DNA of 63,329 bases, counting the filler, from Nitrospirae bacterium MYbin3 (lineage in GTDB: Bacteria > Nitrospirota > Thermodesulfovibrionia > Thermodesulfovibrionales > Dissulfurispiraceae): NCBI GenBank assembly GCA_002753335.1. It is 15 parts of 15 records of this genome, joined end to end, with 100 filler letters (N's around TTAATTAATTAA, not from the genome) between each part and the next. Parts side by side here need not be neighbours in the genome. Positions count along the whole stretch, not along the records: positions 39,432 to 42,675 come from PEAD01000057.1; positions 42,776 to 45,932 come from PEAD01000058.1; positions 46,033 to 49,025 come from PEAD01000059.1; positions 49,126 to 52,059 come from PEAD01000060.1; 11 more parts are not named here. One strand, given 5' to 3'. Positions 40,817 through 51,491 of this stretch are shown here, piece by piece; position 1 is the first letter of the stretch, and the number at the start of each line of letters is the position of its first letter. Below the pieces are notes generated by a model. That model was not told the DNA's origin. It saw only the letters and a program-made list of their open reading frames with translations, and did no database searches. A program made the position numbers and the translations under genes.

Positions 40817-41704
40817 ATGCAAAAAGAACTCATTGTAAAACTCAATAAAACCTTTGAAGAATCGTCATATCAGGAAGATGGCATAGAGTATTGGCTGGCG
40901 CGGGACTTACAGGTTTTGCTGGATTACACTCAATGGAGAAACTTCGTTCAGGTAATCGATAAGGCGAAGATTGCCTGCATGAATGCCGGACAGGAGATTT
41001 CAGACCATTTTGCTGACGTCAGCAAAATGGTTGAACTTGGCTCTGGCAGCAAGAGAGAAGTGGAAGACATCGTGCTTGACCGCTATGCCTGCTATCTTGT
41101 CGCGCAAAACGGTGACCCGCGAAAAGAGCAAATTGCCTTCGCTCAGAGTTATTTTGCCATTCAAACACGCAAACAGGAACTTCTGGAGGAGCGCATAAAT
41201 CTTATCGAGCGCTTGAGTGCCAGAGAAAAGCTGGTTGCCACTGAAACTGAATTATCAAAGATAATCTATGAAAGAGGAGTTGACAGTCAAGGCTTTGGAA
41301 GAATAAGAAGCAAAGGGGACTCTGCCCTGTTTGGCGGGCATACTACAATGCAGATGAAAAAGAAACTTGGCATTTCTGAAAACAGGCCGTTAGCGGATTT
41401 TCTGCCGACTATCACTATAAAGGCAAAAGACCTTGCAACTGAAATCACAAATTTTAATGTCAGGAAAGAAAACTTACAAGGAGAACCGCAGATTACCAGT
41501 AAACATGTAAAAAACAATCAGGATGTTCGGTCACTATTAGGCAAAAGCGGTATAAAACCTGAAAATCTTCCACCTGAAGAAGATATTAAGAAATTGAAAC
41601 GGAGGGTAGAAGGTACAGACAAAAAGCTGTTGAGCAATATCAATAATCTCGGCAGTATCACAATAAAAGGTACAATGAAGTCCGGCAATGAGACAGAAGA
41701 TTAA
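40817..41704 (+). CDS. dinD: DNA damage-inducible protein D (Bro-N-like N-terminus)
   Basis: [40 protein letters not shown] and RPLADFLPT. Confidence 0.9.
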   Translation: MQKELIVKLNKTFEESSYQEDGIEYWLARDLQVLLDYTQWRNFVQVIDKAKIACMNAGQEISDHFADVSKMVELGSGSKREVEDIVLDRYACYLVAQNGDPRKEQIAFAQSYFAIQTRKQELLEERINLIERLSAREKLVATETELSKIIYERGVDSQGFGRIRSKGDSALFGGHTTMQMKKKLGISENRPLADFLPTITIKAKDLATEITNFNVRKENLQGEPQITSKHVKNNQDVRSLLGKSGIKPENLPPEEDIKKLKRRVEGTDKKLLSNINNLGSITIKGTMKSGNETED

Positions 41705-41712
41705 GGGATTTA

Positions 41713-42675
41713 ATGGCTAAAAACCAAAAGCTGGAACTCACATGGATAGGCAAGGAAAATCAGCCGAAACTTGAGCCGCGCATATTGATAGAGGACGCTG
41801 AAAAGTCCTATGGGGCAAGGAATACTGAAAATATGCTTATCCACGGCGATAATCTGCTGGCGTTGAAAGCCCTTGAGCAGGATTTTGCGGGGAAGATAAA
41901 GTGTATCTATATTGATCCTCCATTTAATACAGGGGCAAGGATACAAAAAGACGGTACGCCTATTGGATATGATGATGGAGTGGAGCATTCTATTTGGCTT
42001 TCTATGATGAGGGACAGAATTGAATTATTACATAAACTACTTAGAAATGACGGTGCGCTATTTGTACATATTGACGACAATGAGCAAGCTTATCTAAAAA
42101 TTATCCTTGATGAAATACTTGGTAGAGAAAACTTTAGAAATATGATTCTTACAAAAAGAATAAGAAAAAATATCAGGGAAAGAGAAAGAGTCAAAACAAT
42201 TAACACAGGGCATGACATAATATTTTTTTATGCAAAATCAGATGTGTTGCTTATTAGTCCTCCTACAATTAAAGCACCTAAAGGTGAACGTTGGCATGCT
42301 TTAGATGCTAATGGTTTAAGAAATGGTATGGATTACGACCTTTTTGGACATAGACCGCCTGCCGGTAGACATTGGGCATGGACAAAAGAAAAAGCGATGG
42401 AAGCTATTAAGAGTGGAGATTTACAGCCACACCCGAAAACGGGCAAACCACAATATAGGATTCTTGCTTCTGAAGAAGACTTAATTGATACCTTATGGAC
42501 TGACATTGGTGCATATTCATTCAAGTGGGGATTCCCAACTGGAAAAAATGAAGAACTATTGTGCAGATTATTTTCAATGTGTACGCAGTCAGGCGATTGG
42601 GTGCTTGATTCGTTTTCAGGCTCCGGTACAACCGGAGCAACAGCTCACAAAATGGGACTCAACTGGATTATGTGT
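41713..42675 (+). CDS. Type III-like adenine DNA methyltransferase Mod (3'-truncated)
   Basis: KLELTWIGK, GDNLLALKAL, IYIDPPF and VLDSFSGSGTT (beta-class motif order). Confidence 0.9.
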
Positions 42676-42775
42676 NNNNNNNNNNNNNNNNNNNNNNNNN
42701 NNNNNNNNNNNNNNNNNNNTTAATTAATTAANNNNNNNNNNNNNNNNNNNNNNNNNNNNNNNNNNNNNNNNNNNN

Positions 42776-42945
42776 GTACAAGATTTTTGCAAATGGCGGA
42801 TACGTAATCAAAGAGGGAAACAAACGCATTTTGAAGCTCTGTATGGCTATGAAAAGACGGCAATGGTTTGAGGGATTATGGGGCAAGTCTATGTCTTTTG
42901 ACCTGCCTGCACATTTCCCTTCACATCTCTAATGACAAATCTGGG
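42776..42945 (+). mobile_element. 3' end of an IS1380-family element (transposase C-terminus and right end)
   Basis: Manual translation YKIFANGGYVIKEGNKRILKLCMAMKRRQWFEGLW...* (stop at 42930-42932), followed by an end reading CCCAGA on the minus strand; family recalled from similarity. Confidence 0.6.
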
Positions 42946-43281
42946 TTTAAAAAACTTTAATGTCTGCACAAAGTCTCTGATGCACCCAAATTTTAAGAAC
43001 TTTAATGTCTGCGGACAACAACTGCGGACAAGTTTTGCTTGTAAAAAATGGCTCCCATCCCGTAACACTCAGCAAAACTCCTTCAGCTATAACTTTGCTT
43101 TTCTAATGTTTCCTGTTCAATCCCGTAATCCTAAGACAGCATATTATTTGCTTGGCGAGAATGCGGTTGCTGCCATATATTATCCGTTGGTGTTTATACA
43201 TTAAATAAGATTTGCAAGAAATACTATTTGAAGTAAATAATTTTTACACTCTCCATGTGCTGTAGTATAATGAGATAATAA

Positions 43282-45168
43282 ATGACCTTAGAAAAAATTC
43301 TAGAACAACTCAAGATAGGCGAAGACCAAGATGTTGAATTCAAGTCAGCTGAGGGTGGTCTTCCAGCGTCTATATGGGAAACCATCTCGTCATTTGGAAA
43401 CACTGAAGGCGGCTATATATTTCTTGGTGTATCACAAAAAGGTGACCAATTTGAAATCACAGGATTGCGTAAACCTGAATTCCAGATAAAAGCTTTCTGG
43501 GACGGACATAATAATCCTAAGAAACTCAGTCCTCCTATCTGCTCACATTCTGACATCACTACCATTTCCCATGACAATCGCAAGGTTGTTGTAATTCGTG
43601 TGCCTAGAGCAAGTCGCCAACAGCGTCCTGTTTTTATTAACAGCAATCCTCTCACTGGTACATTTAAACGCAACTTTGAAGGAGATTACCGTTGCACCGA
43701 AGCAGAAGTACGGCAAATGTTGCGCGATGCTTCCGACACCCCTCAGGATACAACAATACTTGCCGGGTTTGATATCACCGATCTTGACGCTGAAAGTCTT
43801 AGCGCTTTTCGTAATCGCTTTGCGTCCCGAGATCCTGGCCATCCTTTTCTTGCGCTGAATGATTTTGATTTCTTGGAACGATTAGGCGGACTGAGAAAAG
43901 ATCGTAATACTGGCGAGGAAGGGTTGACACTTGCAGGGTTACTCATGTTTGGCAGAGAGCAAAGTCTCTTGGATGCTTTGCCTCACTTTCATCTTGATTA
44001 TCAGGAGCAGCTTTCGGACGATCCTGAAGTCCGCTGGACACATCGTTTTACCATTGACGGAAAGTGGGAGCCAAATTTGTTTAATTTCTACCACCGAACA
44101 TATCCTCGCTTGGTTGCTGATTTAGATGTGCCCTTCAAATTGGACAAAGAATCTGTCCGCCTGGGTGAAACTCATGTTCATGAAGCTTTGCGAGAAGCAT
44201 TAATTAATTGCTTGATACATGCGGATCATCAATCAACGCGTCCGATTATTGTTCTTAAACGGCGAGATGTATTTGCTTTTCAGAATCCGGGAAGATTACG
44301 CATACCAAAGGACATGCTATATGAGGGAGGGATAAGCGATCCCAGAAATCCTAATATTCAGAAGATGTTTCAAATGCTGGGTCTGGGTGAAAAAGCCGGA
44401 TCAGGTTTTCAGAAAATACTCAGGGCATGGAGAGAGCAACATTGGTTAATACCTCTTGTATCGGAGAAGCCAGATTTAGAGATGACTCTGGTAACATTGC
44501 CTCTGGTAAGTTTGATTCCTGATGCTGTTGAACATGAACTCAAAGAAGTTGTTGGAGAATCCTATGCTTCACTTACTGAACTTGATCGTATTATCTTGAT
44601 ATTGGCACACAGGTTTGGAGTAGTTTGCAATTCAGATATTCAACCCTATCGCCGTGAGCATCCGAGAGAGATAGGTGAGCGACTGAAATATCTTGTTGAC
44701 CACCAATGGCTTCAACAGGCAGGCAAAGGACGGGGTACAAGATACAATTTCCCGTCAGCAGCTAGCGCTGATCTTTTTGTCGATCTACAAGAACCCCCTA
44801 GCTCCGGACATTACGTTGATAGCTCCGGACATTACGCCGATAGCTCCGGACATTACGCCGATAGCTCCGGACATTCCTTGAAAGATAGGGACCATAAGGA
44901 CGAAGAAGCTGACCGCTTTGAAATTATTGCTGCTCCTGTCCGTGAAAAAAAACGGGCTCCCAAAGAGTTAGTAGAACAGACAATAGAAGCTCTTTGTTCG
45001 GAAGACTGGCTATCCCTCCGGACATTAGCAAAATTACTCAACCGAGATTCGGAAGCTCTGCGAAAACATTATATTGGCCGAATGGTTCGGGGCGGCATAT
45101 TAGTCGCGCGTTTTCCGGGATTTCCTAACCATCCTGAACAGACTTATAAAACAAAAAAATCGGCATAA
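43282..45168 (+). CDS. Schlafen/AlbA_2 + HATPase_c_4 (RecG-C-like) + wHTH protein
   Basis: EDQDVEFK...SFGNTEGG; LREALINCLIHAD...NPG...PRNP...GEKAGSG. Confidence 0.85.
   Translation: MTLEKILEQLKIGEDQDVEFKSAEGGLPASIWETISSFGNTEGGYIFLGVSQKGDQFEITGLRKPEFQIKAFWDGHNNPKKLSPPICSHSDITTISHDNRKVVVIRVPRASRQQRPVFINSNPLTGTFKRNFEGDYRCTEAEVRQMLRDASDTPQDTTILAGFDITDLDAESLSAFRNRFASRDPGHPFLALNDFDFLERLGGLRKDRNTGEEGLTLAGLLMFGREQSLLDALPHFHLDYQEQLSDDPEVRWTHRFTIDGKWEPNLFNFYHRTYPRLVADLDVPFKLDKESVRLGETHVHEALREALINCLIHADHQSTRPIIVLKRRDVFAFQNPGRLRIPKDMLYEGGISDPRNPNIQKMFQMLGLGEKAGSGFQKILRAWREQHWLIPLVSEKPDLEMTLVTLPLVSLIPDAVEHELKEVVGESYASLTELDRIILILAHRFGVVCNSDIQPYRREHPREIGERLKYLVDHQWLQQAGKGRGTRYNFPSAASADLFVDLQEPPSSGHYVDSSGHYADSSGHYADSSGHSLKDRDHKDEEADRFEIIAAPVREKKRAPKELVEQTIEALCSEDWLSLRTLAKLLNRDSEALRKHYIGRMVRGGILVARFPGFPNHPEQTYKTKKSA
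44800..44875 (+). repeat. Intragenic 21-bp tandem repeat, about 3.6 copies (SSGHY[VA]D)
   Basis: AGCTCCGGACATTACG(TT/CC)GAT units at 44800, 44821 and 44842; partial unit at 44863. Confidence 0.95.
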
Positions 45169-45219
45169 TTCTGTGTAATTCTAAAGAAACGTCTTTTTTA
45201 GGTTTTTTTAATCTTTTTT

Positions 45220-45429
45220 TTAGTCTTCTTTCTCTAACAAATCACCAATAGAACAATTGAGAAATTTACAAAGCTTTTCCAGCACATCAAAATCTATTCT
45301 CTGAGCTTTCTCGTGGTACAACAAAGTAATAGTATTTCTGTGAACATCAATACCTCTAGCGACGTCAGCAATCTTAAGTTTCCTTGCCCCCATTAGCGTC
45401 GATAAATTGCATTTAATCATATTTGCCAT
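45220..45429 (-). CDS. Cro/C1-type (HTH_26-like) transcriptional regulator
   Basis: IKCNLSTLMG.RKLKIADVAR...RNTITLLY...LCKFLNCSIGDLLE. Confidence 0.88.
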   Translation of the reverse strand: MANMIKCNLSTLMGARKLKIADVARGIDVHRNTITLLYHEKAQRIDFDVLEKLCKFLNCSIGDLLEKED

Positions 45430-45440
45430 CCATAAGAAAT

Positions 45441-45469
45441 AATTTACACTCTTGGTAGCTATTTGTCAA
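45441..45469 (-). promoter_or_regulatory. Sigma70 promoter TTGACA-17-TAAATT for the HTH gene
   Basis: Read directly on the minus strand. Confidence 0.6.
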
Positions 45470-45507
45470 TCCCTAAAACTTAATATCATTTTGAGTGACA
45501 AAAACAC

Positions 45508-45536
45508 TTGACAAATGACCGTTCTGTATTTATAAT
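45508..45536 (+). promoter_or_regulatory. Perfect sigma70 promoter TTGACA-17-TATAAT
   Basis: Exact consensus, divergent from the HTH promoter. Confidence 0.8.
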
Positions 45537-45562
45537 GACATTATGGATGACAAATTAACATC

Positions 45563-45817
45563 TTGGATGACAAAGGAGGCAACTACATGTTTATCAAAAA
45601 AGAAGATTTCAACTACTTCGAAGGATTGTACAAGGGACTTGATGATCTGCAACAGAAGAAATTTCTTTCTGAGCTACTCAAGGCAGGCGTCAAAAGATCT
45701 GGAGAGAGTATCGCGAAAATCCAGTTGGTTGGGGATGAGATTTTTAATGAGCGCGGAATTGATCCGAGCGAAATGATTACAAGAACTATGATCAAGAAGG
45801 CCTATAAAGCCCGGTAA
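45563..45817 (+). CDS. Small hypothetical protein divergent from the HTH regulator (start probably about 45587)
   Basis: AGGAGG upstream of MFIKKEDF; downstream of a consensus promoter. Confidence 0.55.
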   Translation: MDDKGGNYMFIKKEDFNYFEGLYKGLDDLQQKKFLSELLKAGVKRSGESIAKIQLVGDEIFNERGIDPSEMITRTMIKKAYKAR

Positions 45818-46032
45818 TGTCAAAAGTTTCATGAAAAAAGAGATGCAAATATGAAAAGAGTATGCAGTAGGAATTAGACGACGTAAGTAAGTGTGATTAA
45901 GCAGGCAAACTATGTGAATGCGGACGGCTTTGNNNNNNNNNNNNNNNNNNNNNNNNNNNNNNNNNNNNNNNNNNNNTTAATTAATTAANNNNNNNNNNNN
46001 NNNNNNNNNNNNNNNNNNNNNNNNNNNNNNNN

Positions 46033-47641
46033 ACTGTTATTGGTAATTATTGGTATAATTGGTATTTATTCGGCCACCAAAATAAATGCCTCATTAAAAA
46101 CGGTATACGATGACAGGACTGTTTGTTTGGGGCAATTAGATATGATTGCAAAGGCAAATTTAAAAATTAAAAATGATCTTTTGCAGATGATTATAAAGCC
46201 AACAGATGAAGAAATGAATACTATGAATAGAAAAATAGATAAAGAAAGTGAAACAATAAGCGAACAATGGAAGACATATGTCGGAACCTATCTAACAGAT
46301 AAAGAAAAGCAGCTTGTTATGAAAATGGAACAGGACAAAGCTAAGTACAATGACGAAGGTTTAGCTCCGCTAAGAAAACTGCTCAGTGAAAAAAAACATA
46401 ACGAAGCAAATCAACTGCTCGATAAATATAATATGCTATTCGATACGGTCGATAACGATCTGAACGATTTAATAAGACTTCAAATAGACGAAGCAAAAGT
46501 AGAATTCGATAAGTCACAGAATCTTTATGTCACAATTAAAACCATTTCGATAATTTTGATTGTCTTCGGTGCGGTTTTGTCTTTGGTATCTGCATATTTG
46601 ATCATAGGCAATATAGTAAAACCGTTAAAAGACAGCGTGGAAGCATCTAAAAACATCGCATCCGGTAACCTTGCCGTAAACATAGAAATAAAAAGCAAAG
46701 ACGAAATGGGACAATTGTTAACCTCTATACATTCAATGGCCGAAAATTTAAAAGTTAGAATAAGCGAGATAAGAATATCGGCGGGCCAAGTCACCTTGGC
46801 AAGCGATGAGTTAAGTTCGAACTCTGAGCTTATGACAAAAGGCATATCTGAGCAGTCATCAAAGTCCAATCAGATAGCCACTAGCGCTGTTGAAATGTCG
46901 CAGACCGTCGTTGACATCGCCAAAAACGCTTCCGAGATATCTTCGTCTGCCGCAACAACGGTAAATAAGGCAAAGGAAGGAGAAGGCATCGTAAATAAAT
47001 CCATAACCGAGATAAAGTCTATTGCATTGACAGTCAATCATACCGCAACGCTTATCTCTTCTCTTGGCGACCGTTCGAAACAAATAGGGGATATAATCAA
47101 AGTGATTAAGGACATTGCCGACCAAACAAATCTGCTTGCTCTAAACGCTGCAATCGAAGCAGCACGCGCCGGGGAGCAGGGCAGAGGGTTTGCCGTCGTT
47201 GCAGATGAGGTCAGAAAGCTCGCCGAGAGAACCGGTACTGCCACAAACGAGATATCAGGAATGATATCTGCAATCCAAGAGGAAACCGACAAGGCCGTCT
47301 CATCGATGAGCGGTGCAACAACTATGGTAGAAACCGGCGTGGAATATGCAAGCAAAGCAGGAGATGCTTTGGGGGAAATAGTGCAAAGTATTGATCTGCT
47401 CCAAACTATGGCTCAACAAATAGCATCGTCAACCGAAGAGATGTCGACAGTTTCCGAAACGATTACATCGGACATAGAAACTGTAGCGAATATTTCCAGA
47501 GAAACATCTTTAAGTTCCGAACAAGTGTTATCGGCAGCGAACGAACTGTCAAAACTGGCTTTAACATTGCAGAAAACGGTCGATCGTTTCGTATTAGACC
47601 CTGAAAACGGCAGACATAGCAATATCAAGCACCTGACATAG
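46033..47641 (+). CDS. Methyl-accepting chemotaxis protein (4HB sensor-HAMP-MA), 5'-truncated
   Basis: [40 protein letters not shown]. Confidence 0.96.
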
Positions 47642-48180
47642 TTGATTTTTCAACATATTTTAGAAAGGAATTGGTATCACAGGCAAGAAACATAAACCTC
47701 TACCTAAAGCTATTGCCAATGCCTTGAAAAATCAACATGTTATTTCCAGCTCATCCCTGTATAGAGCCAACGGTTATAATAATAAACGTAAATATTACCA
47801 TCTATCCAGGCCAGAATGCCGGTACCGTTTGTAAACCATTGGACATAGTATGTGCCTCCTGATGTTGTCGCCACTGTAATGTCCCCAATTTTATGCCAAA
47901 AAAGCCGCTGAATACAGTTGTGTAGGCGGTAATAGCGTCAACGGCAGCCGTGTAATGCTGTTATGGCTGCCGGGGCGTTCCTAATCAGCGGGATCTTGAC
48001 TAGTGCGGCAAGCCCTATACTGCTAAAGAGGGACAGCGAGTATTTCCCCCTAGGTCTTCCATGTGGATGTGCTGCCAAATTCATTCCCATCAACAGTTCA
48101 ATATGGGAAACAAATTTCTATCCTGTGCAACTATCAGCACAAATGTGTTAAACTATTTACATCAGAGATACTTATCCGGC

Positions 48181-48582
48181 TTAAGGGGTTGGTGCCGGCG
48201 GCTTGCGATTGTCTAACTTGATAAACACCGCACATATCCGTGAATCATACTGTGCGTACTCACGCTCCCTATAACTCAGGTTCTTCATCTCCTTGTATAT
48301 CGCTGCCCTCAATATCTGTTCCACTGTCGGCTTGTCCTGCCTGCCTAAACCACCTGATTCTTTGCCCTTTGTGACGTCTTTGCTTACCATCTCTATTATC
48401 TCAGAGTGCTCGTTCAGTATCGTATCTATTAACGCCAGCTCAGGACTTAATGCCCATAACCCTTTCTCAAATTGCAGTTTCAAATCGTTCAATAGATTCA
48501 TTCTCCCCTCCTGTTTCTTGATTTCTCTGCAGTTATACCATTTCTCCTTACTTATTGAGAAGTTAGAGTTTATGGACAGACT
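48181..48582 (-). mobile_element. Truncated IS (IS5/ISNCY-like transposase N-terminus) with its left end next to the tonB stop
   Basis: GR...TVEQILRAAIYK...LSYRE N-terminal transposase motif with no DDE domain; GAGTCTGTCC end sequence. Confidence 0.6.
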
Positions 48583-49025
48583 CTAATTAAGCGACTGCCC
48601 GTGCAGTCTGTACACAAAGTGGCCTTTTACCGTAAAGGAATCCTTTCCCCATTCCTCTGGCAGCGGCCAAAACGGTGCAGCATCTTTTATCGAGCTTACT
48701 GCCGCGTCGTCAAGCGACCTCTGCCCTGATGTGCGCATCACATCTATCGCCTTCAGTGTCCCGTTTTTGTTAATCGTAAAACTTATGTTTAAATCGCCGT
48801 GTATTCCCCTTCTGGCTGCGTCTGCAGGGTACTGCCATGCGCTTTCTATCGCCTCCTTCAGGCGTCTCATGTAGGCTGCGTATCTGATGTCTGAGGTATC
48901 GAATGATATAGAATTGCCGCTGCCTTCCTTTGAGTTCGGTGAACTCCTGTCTCTGGCAATAGAGGCCATCGCGTGTTTTCCTATTATATCTTTATCGAAA
49001 AAACTCCCAATGCCGGAGAGCTTAG
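48583..49025 (-). CDS. Energy transducer TonB C-terminal domain (5'-truncated)
   Basis: W.YPADAARRGIHG...FTINKNG...SG...LDDAA...AAPFWPLP. Confidence 0.85.
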
Positions 49026-49244
49026 NNNNNNNNNNNNNNNNNNNNNNNNNNNNNNNNNNNNNNNNNNNNTTAATTAATTAANNNNNNNNNNNNNNNNNNN
49101 NNNNNNNNNNNNNNNNNNNNNNNNNTCTTGCTGGAGGAGGCTTTTCCCGGGCTGGGATGGCTGGGTGAGGCGGTCTAATGTGACATCCATTTTACCGCCT
49201 CTGCCCCAATTAGTCGGCATTGCTGCCGCTTGTAGTCCTGTTTA

Positions 49245-50345
49245 TTAATGTTTAGCTGGTTTTTTAGCAGGCTTGCCATCTGCCCTTTTGTGCAGCCAGT
49301 TGGTAATTGCCGGGGCGAGTTCCTTTTGTGACTTGCCGCCTACAAATACCCCGATGTGCCCGCCCTTAAACTCATAGAGTTCCTTGTCGGTGCTTCCAAC
49401 GAGGTCGTTTAATGGCTTTGTCGCATCGGGCGGTACGATATGGTCGCCTGAGGCAAAGATATTCAGAAGGGGCATGGTAAGATTTTTGAGATTTACTGAT
49501 TTATCTCCAATCATGAGCGTACCCTTAACAAGTTTATTGCCCTGGTACATGTCCTTAATAAACTGCCTTAAGGTCTCACCGGCCTGATCCGGGCTGTCAA
49601 ATATCCACTTCTCCATTCTCAGGAAGTTCAGGAGTTTTTCCTTGTCCTCTACCACATCAAGCATTCCGATGTACTTGCCGACATTAAGGGTTATAGGCAT
49701 AAGCATGAGGAAGCCTGAGTTAAGAAAATCACCAGGCACTATGCCGTATGCGTCAACTAAGGCGTCTGCATTCATATTTCTTGACCAGTTAAACAGCAGC
49801 CCTTTCTTGACTGAGAAATCTATCGGGGTGACCAGAGTTATCAGGTTTTTGATCTTCTCAGGGTAGATGGATGAGTATATGGTGCTGAAAGTTCCACCCT
49901 GGCAGATGCCCATCAGGTTTACTTTGTCTATGTTGGCTGATTCCCTTATAAAGTCAACGGCATCGTTCAGATATACGTTGATGTAATCATCCATGGTCAG
50001 GTATCTGTCGGCGCGGGTAGGGTAACCCCAGTCAATTATGTAGAGGTCAATGCCATGGTCAAGCAGATTCTTTACAATGCTTCTGTCAGGCTGTAAGTCA
50101 AGCATGTATTCTTTATTGACCAACGCGTACACAATCAGCACTGGAACGCTGCACGTGACCTTATCATTTTTATAGTGGTAGAGCTTCATCTTATCCTGCT
50201 GAAAGATAAGTTCCTTCTGAGAAGAGCCTACATCGATGTCTTCAATCTGCAGGATAGTCTCAGTCCCTTTGATTACTTTGGTGCTGGTGTCGCCTAATTC
50301 TTTGACCAGGCTTTTAGTATCAAATGCTACAAAAGGCGTTTTCAT
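49245..50345 (-). CDS. phaC: Class III poly(hydroxyalkanoate) synthase subunit PhaC
   Basis: PVLIVYALVN..YMLDLQ, IDWG, GICQGG (catalytic Cys), RMEKWIFD, DHIVP and GGHIG. Confidence 0.95.
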   Translation of the reverse strand: MKTPFVAFDTKSLVKELGDTSTKVIKGTETILQIEDIDVGSSQKELIFQQDKMKLYHYKNDKVTCSVPVLIVYALVNKEYMLDLQPDRSIVKNLLDHGIDLYIIDWGYPTRADRYLTMDDYINVYLNDAVDFIRESANIDKVNLMGICQGGTFSTIYSSIYPEKIKNLITLVTPIDFSVKKGLLFNWSRNMNADALVDAYGIVPGDFLNSGFLMLMPITLNVGKYIGMLDVVEDKEKLLNFLRMEKWIFDSPDQAGETLRQFIKDMYQGNKLVKGTLMIGDKSVNLKNLTMPLLNIFASGDHIVPPDATKPLNDLVGSTDKELYEFKGGHIGVFVGGKSQKELAPAITNWLHKRADGKPAKKPAKH

Positions 50346-51424
50346 TGAGCAACCTCCTTATCATTTTTTACGTTTAGTTTTTTCTCAAGTACGCGGACTT
50401 TCTTCTTCAACTCATAGAGTGTCTTATACATATCGTCTATTTCAGAACGTACCGGGATAGGGAAGTCCGAGAGATAAAGCTCCATCAGTTTATGGAAATG
50501 TTTTCTGAACTCAAGGGCTGACTCAAGGAGCGCTCCCTGTATGGAGGAGAATTCCTCTGTATTAAACAGCTCGAAGTACTCGGCTTCGTTGATTTCAGTC
50601 CACATCTTGTAGAAATCGTTGTAGCTTTTAATCTCTTCTCCGGCCTTAATTTTATTAGCAATCGCTTCGACTACCTTCTTGGATGCCTTTTCTCCGGCTA
50701 CATAGATTTTGTGCTGGAATTCTGCGTTTTTAGCGATGTATACGGTATATAGGTCAAGCGTTCTCAGCAGCAGTTCCAGTTTCTCTCTGTCTTTGCCGAC
50801 CTGAGGTGATTTAAATGCCTTTCCGAAAGTCTTCTCAAAGGCACTGTAGAAATTGTGGAAGACATTTATACCGGCGTTGGGGTCTGTTGCCGATGATACA
50901 TCGAAAAATGTGCCCATGCTTTTTTGTACGGCATCAAGCCAGGGGCTGGCAAAGTTCTGAGCGGACGCCCCCCATGTCTCAATCACCTTTGAGGAGTGAC
51001 CAAGCATTTCATTCGCAGATTCTGGATTAGTAAAGCCAAAGAGTTTATCCATGAGCCCCTTTAATTTGATGGGGTCAGCTAACTCTTTTATGTTTTCTGG
51101 GTTGAAGGCATTGTCCTGAACGGCCTTAATAACCGGCTGCCAGAATTCATAGACCTTCATGTATGAATCGAACCCCTGAAACACCTTAGATACGGTGTCC
51201 TTGCCTAAACCGGATGGGTACTTTTTCATCATTTCTTCAATCGAACCACCTACGGTTTTAGTCCATACATTGTATAACCCCATTATGTCGCCACCTGAGC
51301 TATCTTTTTGCATCCCCATCGACTGAAAATTCTTCGTTATGCCGGTTGCTGTTTGGACCCAGTTGTTTATAAATTCTTTCTGTACCTTCAACAGCGACTC
51401 GAAGAAAGATGCTGTTCCTTCCAT
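50342..51424 (-). CDS. phaE: Class III PHA synthase subunit PhaE
   Basis: Overlaps the phaC start; C-terminal PVRSEIDDMYKTLYELKKKVR motif. Confidence 0.85.
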   Translation of the reverse strand: MEGTASFFESLLKVQKEFINNWVQTATGITKNFQSMGMQKDSSGGDIMGLYNVWTKTVGGSIEEMMKKYPSGLGKDTVSKVFQGFDSYMKVYEFWQPVIKAVQDNAFNPENIKELADPIKLKGLMDKLFGFTNPESANEMLGHSSKVIETWGASAQNFASPWLDAVQKSMGTFFDVSSATDPNAGINVFHNFYSAFEKTFGKAFKSPQVGKDREKLELLLRTLDLYTVYIAKNAEFQHKIYVAGEKASKKVVEAIANKIKAGEEIKSYNDFYKMWTEINEAEYFELFNTEEFSSIQGALLESALEFRKHFHKLMELYLSDFPIPVRSEIDDMYKTLYELKKKVRVLEKKLNVKNDKEVAQ

Positions 51425-51491
51425 CGGTAAATCCTCCTCGTAAGTTTTAGATTTTATGTAAATTCTCAGGCCGCAAGCCGCCCTAGTGCAA

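Noticed and set aside
42951..43012. 15-bp direct repeat AACTTTAATGTCTGC and the 90-aa ORF over it
   Set aside because: Only two copies next to an IS end, no array structure, and the ORF has no coding hallmarks.
44800..44875. 21-bp repeats as a mini CRISPR array
   Set aside because: The units are contiguous with no spacers, in frame inside a CDS, and no cas genes are present.
47642..48180. Possible gene or ncRNA between the MCP gene and the IS fragment
   Set aside because: Only short unconvincing ORFs and no structure I can support; probably decayed sequence.
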